From Octopus vulgaris (Eukaryota), in contig OX597818.1 of NCBI GenBank assembly GCA_951406725.2, positions 70,556,001-70,620,000 of the forward strand: DNA of 64,000 bases, given 5' to 3'. The notes beneath the pieces are model-generated. The model was not told where the DNA came from. It ran no database searches and worked only from the letters and a program-made list of their open reading frames with translations. Of the stretch, positions 1 to 13,774 are shown piece after piece (position 1 is the first letter of the stretch; each line of letters opens with the position of its first letter). A program made the translations under genes and the position numbers.

Positions 1-389
1 CCCTATGAGCCAGGCATGGCTCGAGAAGGAACAAACAACATACATACACATATACACACACACATATATATTTATATATATATATAGAGAGAGAGAGATA
101 CTCTTATACATACGTTCTTTCTCCCTCTCTGCCTCTCTCCTTTAACAAAGAAACATTTCTACCGATATCCACTCAAATCAAAAATATGCTTTATATAGAT
201 TTTTCTACTAATAATGGTTTGTAGCAACTAATAGTGGTCACATGTATGTGTGTGTGTGTACAATGTAGGCCAAGCTTGAAAAGGTCATATATTCAAATAG
301 TATGAGGGAAGGAGAATTTCTGAGCAGTTCTTCGCTTCTCTCCACTAATTCCATCCTTCTCTATATTCTTCTTCTTCATCTATTTCAAT

Positions 390-735
390 CTTTTATCCTT
401 TATGCTTTACTTGTTCCATTCATTAAACTGTGGCCATGCTGGGGCAGCGCCTTGAAGGATTTTACTCAAGTTTATTAACCCCACCTCCAGCACATTTTTG
501 AGCCTTGTACTTATTCTATTGGTCACTTTTGTTGAATTGCTAAGTTATGGGGATGTAAACACACCAACACCGGTCGTCAAGCAGTGGTGTATGACGAAAG
601 CAAGTACACACACACACACACACACACACAGCAGGATCCTTTCAGTTTCCATCTACCAAATCCACTCACAAGTCTTTGGTCAGGTGCCATGCTGTGGGAC
701 TCGACTTGGAACTATGTGGCTGGGAAAGTTCTTAC
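390..735 (-). mobile_element. tRNA-derived SINE, family A (internal CA microsatellite), degenerate copy
   Basis: Reverse complement matches the copy at 49567-49973 (ccagcatggcc..., gtggatttggtaga..gaaactgaaag, ggcacc..g..caa) with (CA)n in the middle. Confidence 0.75.
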
Positions 736-765
736 ATCATACACATGCACACGCACACAAATACT

Positions 766-798
<33 letters not shown>

Positions 799-829
799 GT
801 ATGTGGTTGGATAGGTAGGTAGGTAGGTA

Positions 830-1671
830 CACAAAATTGGAAGTAACACTAACATCTCAATTTAACAGATATATTTACCAAAATTACATAAAAATATCTT
901 AAAATACTAAAGAGTACATTTATTCAATAAAATTGCTTTGGGCTTCAACCACGGCCTCCAGATGACTTCCGAACCTCCTGCAACTCTTCTGGATGTTCTC
1001 CTTGTTTAAGTAGGTGAATGCTGCCATAATCCTTGCCTTCAATTCATCTTTGATGTTACAAGGAGTTTTGTTGGTCTCTCACTCAACCGTGTCCTACACA
1101 TAATAATCAAGAGGGTTGCAGTCTGGGGAGTTAGGTGATCAGATGTTAGGGGTGATGGGGTCGCAGAAATTGTGTGACAGCCATGACTGGGTTCTTCTGC
1201 TTGTGTGGCATGGTCCAGAGTCCTGTTACCAAGCATAGGGTCTTCCAGCAGCCACCCTCTTCCCCCAGGGCAGCACTACCTCCTCCAGGCACTTGATGTA
1301 AGCCTCCTTGTTGAGTGTGAGGCCATGTGGGAAGATGAGTGGAGGCATAACGTCACCATCACTAGTGATCACTCTCGTGAACACCATGATGTTGACTGGA
1401 TGTTTGATTTTTTTCACTCTCAGTACATGTCCTCAGATTGACACCCAAACACTCTGAAATGTTCGTATTGGAACTTTCAGCATGAATGCCAAGCAGTACA
1501 GCAGGTCATTTCCAAATTCTTAGCAGAATGAATTGCATCATAGTGCTGTTTTCTCACAGATAGTGCCCAACTGACCCTACTATACTGTGTAGATGACAAA
1601 ATCAAAAACAAGCAATGCACATGTGCACAATTTAATATATAAAATAGTGGCAATTTACCCATCACACCCTG
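830..1671 (-). mobile_element. maT-family (DD37D) Tc1/mariner-superfamily transposon relic, internally deleted
   Basis: Minus-strand translation ...MVF..VITSDGDVMPPLIFP...PYAW*QDSGPCHTSRRTQSWL...SPNSPDCNPLDYY has 37 residues between the 2nd and 3rd catalytic D, plus in-frame stops. Right end reads TA-CAGGGTGTGATGGG on the minus strand; left TIR degraded. Confidence 0.85.
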
Positions 1672-2609
1672 TATATATGTGTATGTATGTATGCATGCAT
1701 GCATATATGTATTTGTGTGTATATGTGCATACATGTGTGTTTATATATGTATGTATGTATACAGATAACATATATACATAACTGCAAGAGCCCAATGCAC
1801 CATTCAATAAAGCATGTTTAAAAAATGCCAGAAGACAACAGAAATATGTAAAATAAATACCAGAATAATTTGCAAACCACAAACTCCAAGATAAAAATTT
1901 TGAAAAATTGGGAAAAAAGAAATAAAAAGACAAACCTAAAGAAGGAAAATAAATTTCCCAAACATCAGAACAAACAGCAACCAGACAAATTGAAGAGCTT
2001 GTCCAAAACAAATGCTGAAAACACTGAACAAATAGTAAAAGATATGTTAGCTATCTTATCTAAAGAGAGAAAGACAAGAAGAATGGTAAAGAATTCTTTC
2101 AAGTCATTTCTGATGTCCCAGATGATGCAGTTTGATAATCCAATAGCGTTGATCAGAAATACATCACACACACACACACAGTGATTTTATATGCTGCTAA
2201 GAAAACTGGATCCAGGAAACTTCCTTCAGAACAGTGTTAGATTGATTTTGGAAAAAAATTTTCTGAGGAGAATTATTCATGTAAAAATCATTGTATGAAG
2301 TGATAAAGAAAAATTTGTTTTTACAAAGATTCCAAAGGGAGGCCTGACTGTTATTAAGAAGTTAGCTTTGCAATGAAGCAGTTTTCGAAGTTTAGTCCTG
2401 CTCTAAGCCCTTCTTCAGCAAGTATTTTCTACCCTAGCAGTGGTTTAACACAAATCTTATGAGTGATCAAAACCTGTTAAGAAAATAACTATCTTCATCT
2501 GGACTATGTCAGTTGTTTGGTGATAGCCTCAGCCCATTAACATGACCAGTGGCTCCTTGGGTGACTTTCTGGTGTGTCCATTCCATTGCTGGTACTTGGA
2601 TTACGTCCG

Positions 2610-2790
2610 GGTGGCAAACTGACAGAATCATTAGCACACAAGACAAAATACTTCGTGACATTTCATGTCTTTATATTTTGAGTTCAAATTCTACTGAGGC
2701 TGACTTAGTCTTATGTCTTTACAGAGCCAATGAAATAAGTACCAGTTGTGTACTGGGGTTGATTGGCCTTGTGCCAAAATTTGAAACCTA
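2610..2790 (+). mobile_element. tRNA-derived SINE, family B, degenerate copy
   Basis: cagaatcattagcac...gagttcaaattc (B box)...gaggctgactt...aagtaccag, homologous to 31581-31803. Confidence 0.7.
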
Positions 2791-2944
2791 TATTTATATT
2801 ATGTTCTAGCTGAGTCATGTTTGAGGTTTCTTCTACATCTTTGCTCTGAGGGAGCCCAAAACTCTTGCAAAATGGATTGTGGAGGCTGACCTTCCTCATC
2901 TCACTTATATTATTACATGATATATTTTAGTAGAATATTACAAG

Positions 2945-3176
2945 CTGGTACCACGTAAGAAAAATACTGAGATTGGTGCCACCTAAAAATCACACTTTGT
3001 ACACTCTGTAAAGTGGTTGGCATTAGGAAGGACATCCAGCTGAAGAAATCATGTTAAAACAGACAAATGGATTCTGGTGGATCTCTCCAGCTTACCAGCT
3101 CCTGTCAGACCATCCAACCCATGCCAGTTTAGAACACAGATTATGATGATGATGATGATCATCATCATCATCATCT
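2945..3176 (+). mobile_element. RTE LINE 3'-tail fragment or tail-sharing SINE
   Basis: gtggttggcattaggaagg.catccag...ccatccaacccatgccag...(GAT)n matches the 3' end of the RTE at 63560-63734. Confidence 0.75.
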
Positions 3177-6100
3177 TGTAAAGCAATATAATTATACTGT
3201 TGTATATGTATAGATTTAAATGCTATGATGGCACTGAATTGTTGTTTAGCATCAAGTCAGCTTTGACCTGGGAAGTAACATGGACAGGGTCACAGACATA
3301 GTTACCTTGGATGCATAATTATTAGGAGCAAACAACTTCAAGGTAAAAACAAATAGTAAAAATAAATTAATAAAAAACATAAAGTACTCTTCCCACAATA
3401 CTTGCATTAGAAACCTTCACTGGCTTTGAGCTAAAGGTTTTCCAGTCATGGCAATCGTGTTCATTTTGAGTTTGTGTAGAATATCTTGGAATACATTGTC
3501 CATTGTGTTCTTCATTTAATGAAGACAATAAAAGGTTTCTATTTTTAGCAGGTCAAACAACCATATGGATGTTCTTTTTGTTGTGCCTTGATTATTGTTA
3601 CTCAGAGATATGTCCCCAAATAACGTCCTTTATGTGCTCCCTATATGTCCCCTAATAATTAAACTAGGAGACATCTCTCTTGTTCTTGGTAGCACTGTGA
3701 AAGTATCAAACTAGCTTGAAATGTTCAGACCTAAGCATTCACCCACTTAACAGATGCTCCTCTCACCTGACACTCACTTCATCAATCAAACATTTAAAAT
3801 CTGTAAACCTAATGAGGCAATAAATGCACACAGGAGACATAAGTCCACCTTGTCTCATCAGCCAATTTCATCTTTCTTCCTGTTTTTTCCTTCACAGCCT
3901 TCAAAGTTGTCTTTTACTTGATAATTTTCTATGTCTATCCACCAGTACTATCATCATAAATCTGATTTCCACTCTATTATGGGATGGATGGGCCAACAAC
4001 ATCCAACTCAGCACCAATCTAGATTTACTGTTCTCCAAGACGATTTAGGGAACCACACCTTGCTCACATTTAATCTGTTTTTTACAACTAGATTCTCTTC
4101 CTAGCATCACCCTCTTTACAGACTGCCCTGACTGTATTCTATCACAACACAAGCACTGGAATGACTGCTTCATCCCCTGGAACACTAAAGGCTTCTCTCT
4201 ACTCCAAACTGTTTCTGATTCCTTCAAACTGTTAGCCCCTCATTCTTAGCAACATAGTCACCAGAGTTTAACAAACTCTGAAAGAAGCATCACAATACAC
4301 ACACCTATGCTGCCATCCTGATACTCCCACCATATAACAAGCATTGTAGGAGTAGATACTGTCCCAGCCTTTATTTCAGACAAATAAATATATACTTCAG
4401 TAAATGAGTTGATGAAAGAGCCTCTAAATGGTCGTTCTTCTTCTTAGTAATAGCAGCCAAATTTCCCTCAGCTCTTTCTCTGCAATCATAGAAAAAGAAG
4501 AACAGATTAGACAATGTCATTACTACCTGATATTCAATGCAACAAGATGGCTATAGACAAAATACTTGTGATCCAGAAGTTAGCAGGATTCTTTCTGACC
4601 TGGGGCTTAATAACAACAAATGCAACTTTACTGAATTTTTAAAACTTGCTGATCTTTCTTTCTTTCTCTTTTTCTTCCTTTTTTTCAATTATTCCTGGAA
4701 ATAGTAACAAAACATCTGATTAAATACAACCTTTTATAATAGACCGCAGGCAAGTTTCTCCTGCAACTCTCCTCATTATTAATCAACAGCCATTAATAAA
4801 TTAGAAAATAGTAATCGAATTATTTGGCACATTTTTTGCTGCCAGAGTCAGTATTCTGACATCGAAAACTTTACACTTCCAGAAACAGAATTATAATAAA
4901 AACAGTTTGATGAAAAAAGAACAAAATATGTTCACTGGGAAGAATGGAAAACTAAGAACTCTATACAGAGTTATTATCATTGCTATAGCATCATCATCAC
5001 CATCATTCCTATCGTCATGATCACCATCACCACCACCACCATCACCACCACCATCACCATTTTACATCTGCCTTCCATGGTGGCAAAGGCTAGATGGGTT
5101 GTCACAGTCCCATTCAGTTGTTATTTCAAGTTTCTACTCTCTTAGATCCTTTGGAAAATGATGCCTTGTGCTTTTAGGTACCACTTTTGGCATGGGATCT
5201 ATGTCTGGCTGCTCTTCTTGACATCCACCACTTCATAGAATGCATTGGATGCCTGTCATAATGGTTCCAGCACAAGAGAGATTGCATTGTCCCTGGCAAG
5301 GCTAAAGAATTTTATGCGGTCATTGTTTGTTGAAGGCAGAATAAGTCTCTTCTGATAAACAGAAAAGAGGACCTGAACAAGATGATGATAGAAGAGAGGG
5401 GATGATGGGAGACAGAGTAATAGATGTATGAAGGTGACAGAAGGGGTGGACTTGTAAAAGAAAGACAGTGAAATGCAGTTACATATTGGTTGTTGGGAAG
5501 GAGATTGAATAGAAAAACAACAGAAATTGTTTGGCAAGAAGAAAGTAGGATTGGAGGGCGAGTGGACAATGGAGGTGGGGGTAACTGAAGGTAAAGAGTG
5601 ATGTGAGTCATAGTGAGTGATGAATGAGATAATAATGTGGGAGAGAGAGAGAGATGGAATGCAATAATGATGGGTGACAGAAAAGGAGAGAGAAAACAAG
5701 CATTGGCCAGTAGTTTAGAAAGGTAGATGGGAAAGAGAGAGATGATGGAGGTTAGTAATTCGGTCGGGATAGAGAAGATGAAATGAAAGACAGAAATTGG
5801 ATAATTTTAAACAGAATACAAAAAGTGGGATGATATGAGAGCAAATGATGATTAATAACTATAGTGATTTTTGATGTGTGTCTGTAAAATATTTTTAAGT
5901 ATTTACCTGGATTTTTCCCCAATTTAAATGTATTTCAACTTCCAGTACCTGTGGTGAACAGTTACTTACAAATACATAAAGAGTGAAGATAGAGCTGTTG
6001 TAATCTAGAAAATTTCTTTAAAAGCACATCAGTTCCAGTTTCAATGCTACCAAATAGCATTTTGATGTCTTCTCCTAAAGTCTTCCATTTAAAAATGCCT

Positions 6101-6419
6101 ATTCTGTGAAACTTAGTCAACAAAACTGCACATTTGTTTTAGATATATTTTTTTCACTATTTTCATCGTGCATCTCTCTCTGTCACGTGGCTCATTATTT
6201 AGAAACCAGAGCTCTACCATCTTAAATTGAAAATGCTTTATTTGATAGACTGTCTGAAACAGTGATAGAGAAAGCAGAGAGATGAGGAGACAACAAGGCT
6301 GTAGGCCGGATGCTGGAGTGTGTCTGATAACCAGTCAAGTACCTCTTGTCTAAGTATGGTCTAAGATATTAGAGTGCATAGTGTCCTTGAGGCTGAACTA
6401 GAGCTAAGCAACAACAGTA

Positions 6420-6790
6420 GCCATACTTCAGTGACATACACAGCCAGATGACCATTTCAAGTGTGTCTAACACTTGTGGACATGCTGACAAAGGGAAAAA
6501 ACAACACAGCACCCATTACTTTCAGAAACACTTTTTCAAGCTTTGCATTGCTAAAGCATGGAATAAACTACCCACATCACTTTTTGTCCTTCAAACTATT
6601 TATGCTTCCTGTAATACACCAACTACACAACTGATCTCCCCACACACACACACCTATTTTCAGTGAGACCCCTTCACCGTTCACTTCTTGTGCATTTATG
6701 TACTCTTCATTCACTTCTGGCTACTTTTTCTGATGCGTTGTGGTGCACCTGAGCACTGTATACAACAAGTTCAGTGTTATTATTATTATT
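6420..6790 (+). mobile_element. CR1/L2-type LINE 3' fragment
   Basis: ORF 6448-6666 contains QKHFFKLCIAKAWNKLP (FF...WNxLP C-terminal motif of CR1/L2 ORF2); element ends in (ATT)n. Confidence 0.6.
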
Positions 6791-7964
6791 GCTTATATGA
6801 ACAAAGCATGTGAGTTGAACCCAGCACTTGAGGACATGTTGAGCATTTACTTTCAGTTCGGCTGTGATAGTTTCATTTGTGCTTAGAAACTAGAAATTAG
6901 AAATTAGATTCCAGCCATCTTCCTCTAAGAGTCTCACTCAATAACAATCGTTCCCTCTCATTGACCATTCAGCTTAGAAAATGATTTTTTTCTTCTTTTT
7001 CCTTTTATTACGCATCATCGACTGATGGTGTGAGCATCACTGATGGTTTGGTGGTAGAATTTTCACTAAAGAACATGTGCTGAAACTAACTTCAAATGAA
7101 ATGTTGGAATTATCAAATAAATTATTTTCTCTACAGTTCTGAGAGTTATTGATGAAATAAAGAAAGAAATCCCAAGAAAACCAATAAAAACAAAAATAAA
7201 TGCCAAACCAATCGTTTTGCTATTTCAGCTCTAATTCTAAAACTACTGAAGAGACTTCAGCTAAATTGGTATTAAATTGGAGTCTATTTTGAAATCATCG
7301 TATTATGTGTTTGAACATAGCTTTAGTGAGTTCTAGAAGATATTTAAGCAACAGTCTGACCAAAATCTATAGTGTTGCTTCATTTCTTCATTCTGCCTGA
7401 GTTTTTATTTCTGTTTTCCTCCCAGCCACCACCACCACCACCACCACCACCATTTCTATGTCACACTCATACACACATGTATTCTATACACATACACACA
7501 CAAATATATCATCATTTAATGTCCATATCTCCACTGCTCCTACGCTCATCATCCCACAACTTTTGATTCCAGTATCCTTCCTGGGCCACTCCTGCATCTC
7601 TCCCCGTTACCTCTTTCAATACTCGTATTGCACAGCATCAGTCTCTACATTCACCTGTTTACTCCCCCCACCACTCTCCTATGAAAGCACCCACACATCT
7701 CTCATCCCTCCCACTGTCTGTGTCCTCTCTTATGTCCCTCATCTTGTTCCTTCAGAGTTTGCTGGAGCACCCCTTTACCAACCTCCTTTTATCTCCTCTA
7801 CAGCAAGACACTTGTGCTTGTCCCTCATACTTTAACCTTTCAACACCCAGCATGAAATGACCCACTTCTCCTTCTCCCCCCCTCTTAAACACTTCTTAGT
7901 AAAGGGGGCTTTTCTCCCCTTTCCCTTATTCTCTTCTGTCTTGCAAGTTACATGGCAACCTTAT

Positions 7965-8170
7965 TTGTGCTGGTGGCATGAAAAAACCCACCCTGTAGGC
8001 CCATCAAAGGCATTAGGAAGGGCAGCCAGCAGCCGGAACCATGCCAAAGATGACACTGGTGCTCGATGCAGCCCTGCAGCTCACTGGTTCCCTGTCAAAC
8101 CGTCCAACCCATACTAGCATGGAAAGCAGACATAAGATGATATTAATGACGATAATGACAATGACGACGA
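7965..8170 (+). mobile_element. RTE LINE 3'-tail fragment
   Basis: ggtggca.g.aaaaa...ggcattaggaagggca...gtcaaaccgtccaaccca...(GAT)-like tail; a further partial copy follows at about 8305-8440. Confidence 0.7.
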
Positions 8171-8236
8171 GTATGGGATTCTGCACACCATTTAAACCAC
8201 AATATACATATATATATATAAAGTGCTATAGACAGA

Positions 8237-8285
<49 letters not shown>

Positions 8286-9012
8286 TGCATATATCACATA
8301 CACATGTAAAAAGCAGCCAACAGTACACACTGTAAAGTGGTTGGTGTTAGGAGAGGGCATGCATCCACAGAAACCATGTCAAAGCAGGCAATGGAACTTG
8401 GTGCAGCTCTCCAGCCTTGCCAACTCCTGTCAAACCTGAATGCAGAACAATGAAACTGTTCTGCACACACTGCTTGAGTATTGCTTCCTAATGGGTTTGT
8501 GTGAAACACCTACTAAACACCTATAAGATGGATCTGGCCATCAGCTGTGTCTATTGGGAAGATATGCCTGCCACTCTCCTTCAGCATGGATGGCCAGGCA
8601 GTATTTATCTGTCAGTTAGCTTTAACAATGGAGGTTATCGGGTGAATTAGACTGAAATTGCAGAAGACTGACATATTTTTGGCCAAGCTCTCATCAACCT
8701 TTTCAAGTTTCATTTGGAAAGGATTGTGAGGGTGGCAAGATAAATGCTGCCACCCAGCAATGAGGCCTCCTCTAAGCCTAAATATTGAAGGTAGGGAATG
8801 TGGATAAGGCTCTTACCCTTGCGGTCAGGGTGGCCATGCTTTCGTAGGGTTTTCCTGATCAGCTCAAGCAAGTCTTTCAAGTTTGTGAAAATATTTATTG
8901 CTGGAATCTGTTTTACCTTTGTTCCCTTTTACATACAGCTTTGTGCAACCCCACATTCTCTTGTCCAGTACCATCCTCCAACGTTTTTGTGAACCCTTAG
9001 TACTTATTAAAG

Positions 9013-9043
<31 letters not shown>

Positions 9044-9566
9044 TATCATAAGAGATGTAGAAAATTATTTACTGCTATTATTCCTCTTCTTTCCCCAGCT
9101 CCTCCTCTCCCCAACCTTCCCAGAAATACATAAACAACTTGTAAATTAACCTTTCTAGATCTCTTTACTTCTAGAGATCAACAAATCGGTGTGTGTGTGT
9201 GTGTGTGTGCGCGTGCACATGCATGTGTGCGTGTGCATGTGCATGGTTGACACGTGAAGACTGTTGTAGTTTGTTGTGCATGAATGTTTGTGTTTTCCTT
9301 TTGCATGTTGTTGTTTTTGTTGTTTTTTTAGTGTGTGTATGACTCAGTTATTCTGTACAGACGCATTGAGTTTGTGAAATTATGTAAACAATGTGTGCTT
9401 GTGTGTGTGTGTGTGTGTGTGTGTTCGTGCGTGCGTGCATGTAGATGTAGATGTCAGTGGACACAGGAATTTCTGTTCAGCAGAACCTGATGAAGCTGAC
9501 CTTTTAATCTGTGCACTTAACTGCTGCTGCTGTACATTTATCTCAGAAAATATGTCCAGAAATGTT

Positions 9567-9616
<50 letters not shown>

Positions 9617-10146
9617 CTAGCTTTGAGCTTTACAACAGTCTTTGGCTAACGAGACTAATTATTTCTATTTAGTTCTTTCTTAACACTGCCTGCATCATGT
9701 TTATATAAACTTGACTAATTTCTTATTGATGCAGTGTTTTTGAGTTATTTAATTTCTAAACAGTTCTATGTTCCTTCACATAATAAATGGACCATCTTGT
9801 ACATTGATTTATGGTGAGAGTAATTTATTTTCACAGCTATTGCATAAACTATGCTTTCCTGACAAGTTCAGAATAAGACTGAAACACTTGCAATGGTTTT
9901 CTCTTTCCATACTAATTGTAAAAATCAAAAACATTTTAATATTCTTTACGTTTCACAATTATTTCTTATTACTTTCTTTTAATACACTCTGTATTAACTT
10001 TCACTCATCTGTTTGTCAGTTTGTCCATTTCATATCTATTCCAAGTGGACACTTTGATATTCTGTTGTCCAACTGTCATATTTTAACCTTGTAACACTGC
10101 ACACACACACACGTGAACTTAACCTTATTAATATATTATCTTAAGG

Positions 10147-10360
10147 GGCAGCGAGCTGGCAGAAACTTTAGCAGGTCGGGCAAAATGCTTAGCAGTATTT
10201 TGTCTGTCTTTACGTTCTGAGTTCAAATTCCACTGAGGTTGACTTTGCCTTTCATCCTTTTGGGGTTGATAAATTAAGTACCAGTTGTGTACTAGAGTGG
10301 ACCTAATCAACTTAATCCTGTCCCCACCAAAATTTCAGGCCTTGTGCCTAGAGTAGAAAA
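10147..10360 (+). mobile_element. tRNA-derived SINE, family B
   Basis: A box (gagctggcagaa), B box (gagttcaaattc), core gactttgcctttcatcctt..ggggt.gataaattaagtaccag. Confidence 0.85.
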
Positions 10361-10476
10361 AAAAATAAGAAAGAATTCTTGCTCAAACTGACACTGGGGC
10401 TCAAGACAGTCGCCTGGCTTTGTAGGGTCCTGGTTGGGTCACTCAACCCACGTCAGCATGGAATACAGGTTATCAA

Positions 10477-10508
<32 letters not shown>

Positions 10509-10816
10509 GGTGAGGGTGGTGGTGGTGGTGATGAAGATGAAGATGATGACAACAAAGATGATGATGATGATGATAAGGGGGAGGAGGCCGAAGAGGAGGA
10601 CAGGAACAACGATGACAATGTATTAAACATGTAATCAATAACTTGACCGATCGACCGACCGACCAACTCATTCCCAGATTCATTTTCAGTTTTGAATACT
10701 CTGTGCATTCTATACATTAAGAGTTTCCTAACTAGGCAAGTAGTGGCAAGATTCCAAGTTCTAATCCAACTGAAACCAATGTATTGGGCCTCTACTTAAG
10801 TCTTATTTCTTCAGAT

Positions 10817-11297
10817 CAGAGATCAGCAAATTTCTTTCATCGAGGGCCTTTTCCTGAAATCGTTAATAATTTATTAAACCCCTGCATGTAAATTTCTAAA
10901 ATTAAATTAAAAACTTTAATTAATAAAAAGTTTCTTGATTTAAAAGTAACAATTCCTTTGTTCTTTGGTGTCATTATTGCTTTTTAATAAGAAATATTTA
11001 AAGAAATTTAATGAAAATACTTAACAAAATTGATAAAAAAAGACATTAAAAACTCAGTGATATTATATTGATAAAGTCAGGATATTTAATGTGCAATATG
11101 AGTTTGGTGAATTCAAGTTATTGCATCAATATTTGGCAGGGAATTGGTGAGTTTTAGCTTGGAATTACTACACTCTTCTAATTTCAGTTTACTAATAATA
11201 CAGCTCTTATAATACTCAAAATTGTTTCCAATATTTGACCCCTTGGATAGCCATATACATCATCAGGGGTCAATGCTGATCACTTTGCCAACTCTTG
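10817..11297. mobile_element. Degenerate non-autonomous hAT-like DNA transposon (MITE)
   Basis: Ends CAGAGATCAGCAAA / TTTGCCAACTCTTG are imperfect TIRs of the hAT CAGGGGTCGGCAAA type; flanking 8-mers cttcagat / cctttgat match 5/8; AT-rich interior. Confidence 0.45.
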
Positions 11298-11946
11298 CCT
11301 TTGATAAATAGTTGGACTATGCATAGGAGGACTTGAATTAGGGGACTAGCATTGCCCTGCATCAATTTCAAACGGGTTTAATCAAAGAGGGGCCTGGTGG
11401 CATGCCTTAAGATACAGCAGCAAAGTAAATATATTGTGGTGGATTTCTATTTGTTTTAATTTTCTGGTCAGCCTGAAAGGCAATGCCTATGGCCCTTAAC
11501 AAGGCCTCCAGAACTGGTGGGGGTAGAGGCATGGATTCCTTTCCTAAAGGCATTGCAAGTACCTGGTGGTGATGTTAAACCAGATGATGGATTAATTCTA
11601 CCAGCCATGTGGGCCAGAACAGGATTTGAACTTAGAAAGCAGTGAGTCAAAACTGATAGTTCAAGGAATCCCTTACCAAAGTGGCTCCTGATTGACCCTG
11701 GGAGGAAGAAAGGCAAATTTGACCGTGGCAGAATTTGAACTCTGAATACAAGTTGGCATGATAATTACATTACATTTTGTCCAATGCTCTAATGACTCCC
11801 CTAATTTACCAGAATGTGGAGAGTCTTTTTGTTGGAAAATAAACAGACACAACCAAGCTCTGTGAGATGGAATGTGCAACTTTGCCTCATTCGTTGGGTG
11901 ACACATAACAATTAAAGATTAAAGACAACGGTACCAGCACTAAGGA

Positions 11947-12006
<60 letters not shown>

Positions 12007-12072
12007 CAGTAGCAGCAGTAGGTGGTGGTAGTAGTAGTAGTGGTGGTAGTGATAGTAGTAGTAGTGGTGGTG

Positions 12073-12128
<56 letters not shown>
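11947..12128. repeat. (TAG)n/(TGG)n compound trinucleotide microsatellite
   Basis: Read directly; source of the poly-Y/L/T ORFs. Confidence 0.95.
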
Positions 12129-12129
<1 letters not shown>

Positions 12130-13339
12130 ATGCAGTCGATGAATCAACTGAATCTGTCCAAGACTGCATGACTCTACAAATCCCCCAATATATTACTGTC
12201 TGTTTGTGTATTGACATATTCTGGTGGGGATTATTCAGCAGATGGATGAGTAACCCAAAGCAATGTTTCACAGTAGGATGCACTTAGTATCACCAACCCT
12301 TCAAGTAGGGATGCACTTCCTGTCAACAACCTTTGCAGTCATCTCTTGCCACACACAGGGACATTATATAAAACTGGGATATGCATAGATTCCCTCAAAT
12401 CGTAACTCTGAAATTTGTTGACTGGTTTCCTTAGTGATTCAGATGAAGAAGGCATCTCACCCATGTTGAGTCCTCCTTCAGATGACAGGGGATCAGTCAT
12501 CCTGTCTTTTCAGAAGTATATAGGAGTGCGCTATTTAATGTAATCTTATGTATTTTAAAATGGCAGTGTGTGATGTGAGGGAGACTTGGTTATTATTTCT
12601 AGCCGGTCAAGTAACCATATGAAAGGCTTATTCATAGTGTCAAATATAATGAAAGTAAAAGTGCAGAGAAAATAGGAAATCCTTCTGAGATTTACCATAT
12701 TTAAATATAGCAGACACTGAATAGCTCCATCACTTGAAACAACTACACTCACTCTCTCACTCTTACTCTCTCTCTCTCTCTCTCTCACACACTCTCTCTC
12801 TCACTCTCTCACTCTCTCTTTCTCTCACCCAACTCATTATTTCATAACAATAACAACAACAACAACAACAACATCTACGTCATTCTTGCAAACTGAGAAT
12901 CAGAAGTCAAGGGTAGATGAGGGTGGCTGTACTGAATGGGGTGACAGAGGTAGTGGGGAATATCGATGGCTGATAGGAGAGGAGAGTGGGAATGATAGCA
13001 GAAAGGATGAGGTGTGGTGAACCTGTTCTGTATTTCTGACGAGAGGGAGAGATAACTGGAGGCACGAAATGGGGGGTGGGGGGTGATTGGTCAGTGGGAA
13101 GTAGTATGGATATGGATGAGAAGGAGAATCAAGTTTAAAAGAAGTGGCTTTATTATGATGAGGAGGTAATTGGTGGCACCAAAGTGGGGGTGAAACATGT
13201 GCCATTGGTGCTTTCAAATGATTATATCTCAGTTCAGGTGTGTCATCATTTAAAAAGTGATGGAGGGATGGATGTTAGGAAGAGGAAAGGTAGGGGAACG
13301 CATCAGGTGGGTGCAGAGCACAGCATGCTTTTTGGATCT

Positions 13340-13768
13340 AAATTTTGCTGTGACAAACAGGTGGGTCTTCTCAAGGAATCCTTGGGACTCTTTCTCATTT
13401 CCTCTGTGAAGCTCAGCATCTTAAGATCCAGTATATTTTGTCCCACGTCTTCCTGGATTTCTTTCCTTCACAAACCATCTACTTTATGTGACTAGCACTT
13501 CCTCATACAACTAGCTTCATCCAAATGCATCACATGAACAAACCATCACAGTCTTCCCTCTTGCACGTTACATCTGATTTGTCTTCTTCCTAACTTTTCT
13601 CTCAATACACTTGCATTTTGTCATACCATGCACACTGATGTTGCACATCCAATGGAACATACTAGCTTAATCCCTCTCTATGTTTTTCAAGTCCTTTGCA
13701 TTCAGAGGCCTCATCTTATTTTCATGTAGCACTGCAGTTGGTACACAAGCATTGTACAATCTGCCTTT
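13340..13768 (-). mobile_element. Older, diverged RTE LINE fragment (C-terminal RT region)
   Basis: Minus strand reads KGRLYNACV...ASM.HWMCNISVH...LREKL...PGRRG/RKTWD, homologous to + strand 14709-15130 and 62778-63200. Confidence 0.8.
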
Positions 13769-13774
13769 TATTTT

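Noticed and set aside
1870-2184. 104-aa Lys-rich ORF
   Set aside because: Non-ATG start and A-rich composition; likely a decayed retroelement; no identifiable domain.
9487-9560. Hammerhead ribozyme from CTGATGA
   Set aside because: No stem II closing onto GAAA and no stems I/III could be drawn.
10434-12283. Poly-His, poly-Asp/Gly and poly-Leu/Tyr/Thr ORFs
   Set aside because: Translations of trinucleotide microsatellites; no domain content.
12880-13290. Penelope GIY-YIG end relics here and near 3700-4270 and 52690-52850
   Set aside because: Only a vague motif resemblance; too degraded to call without alignment.
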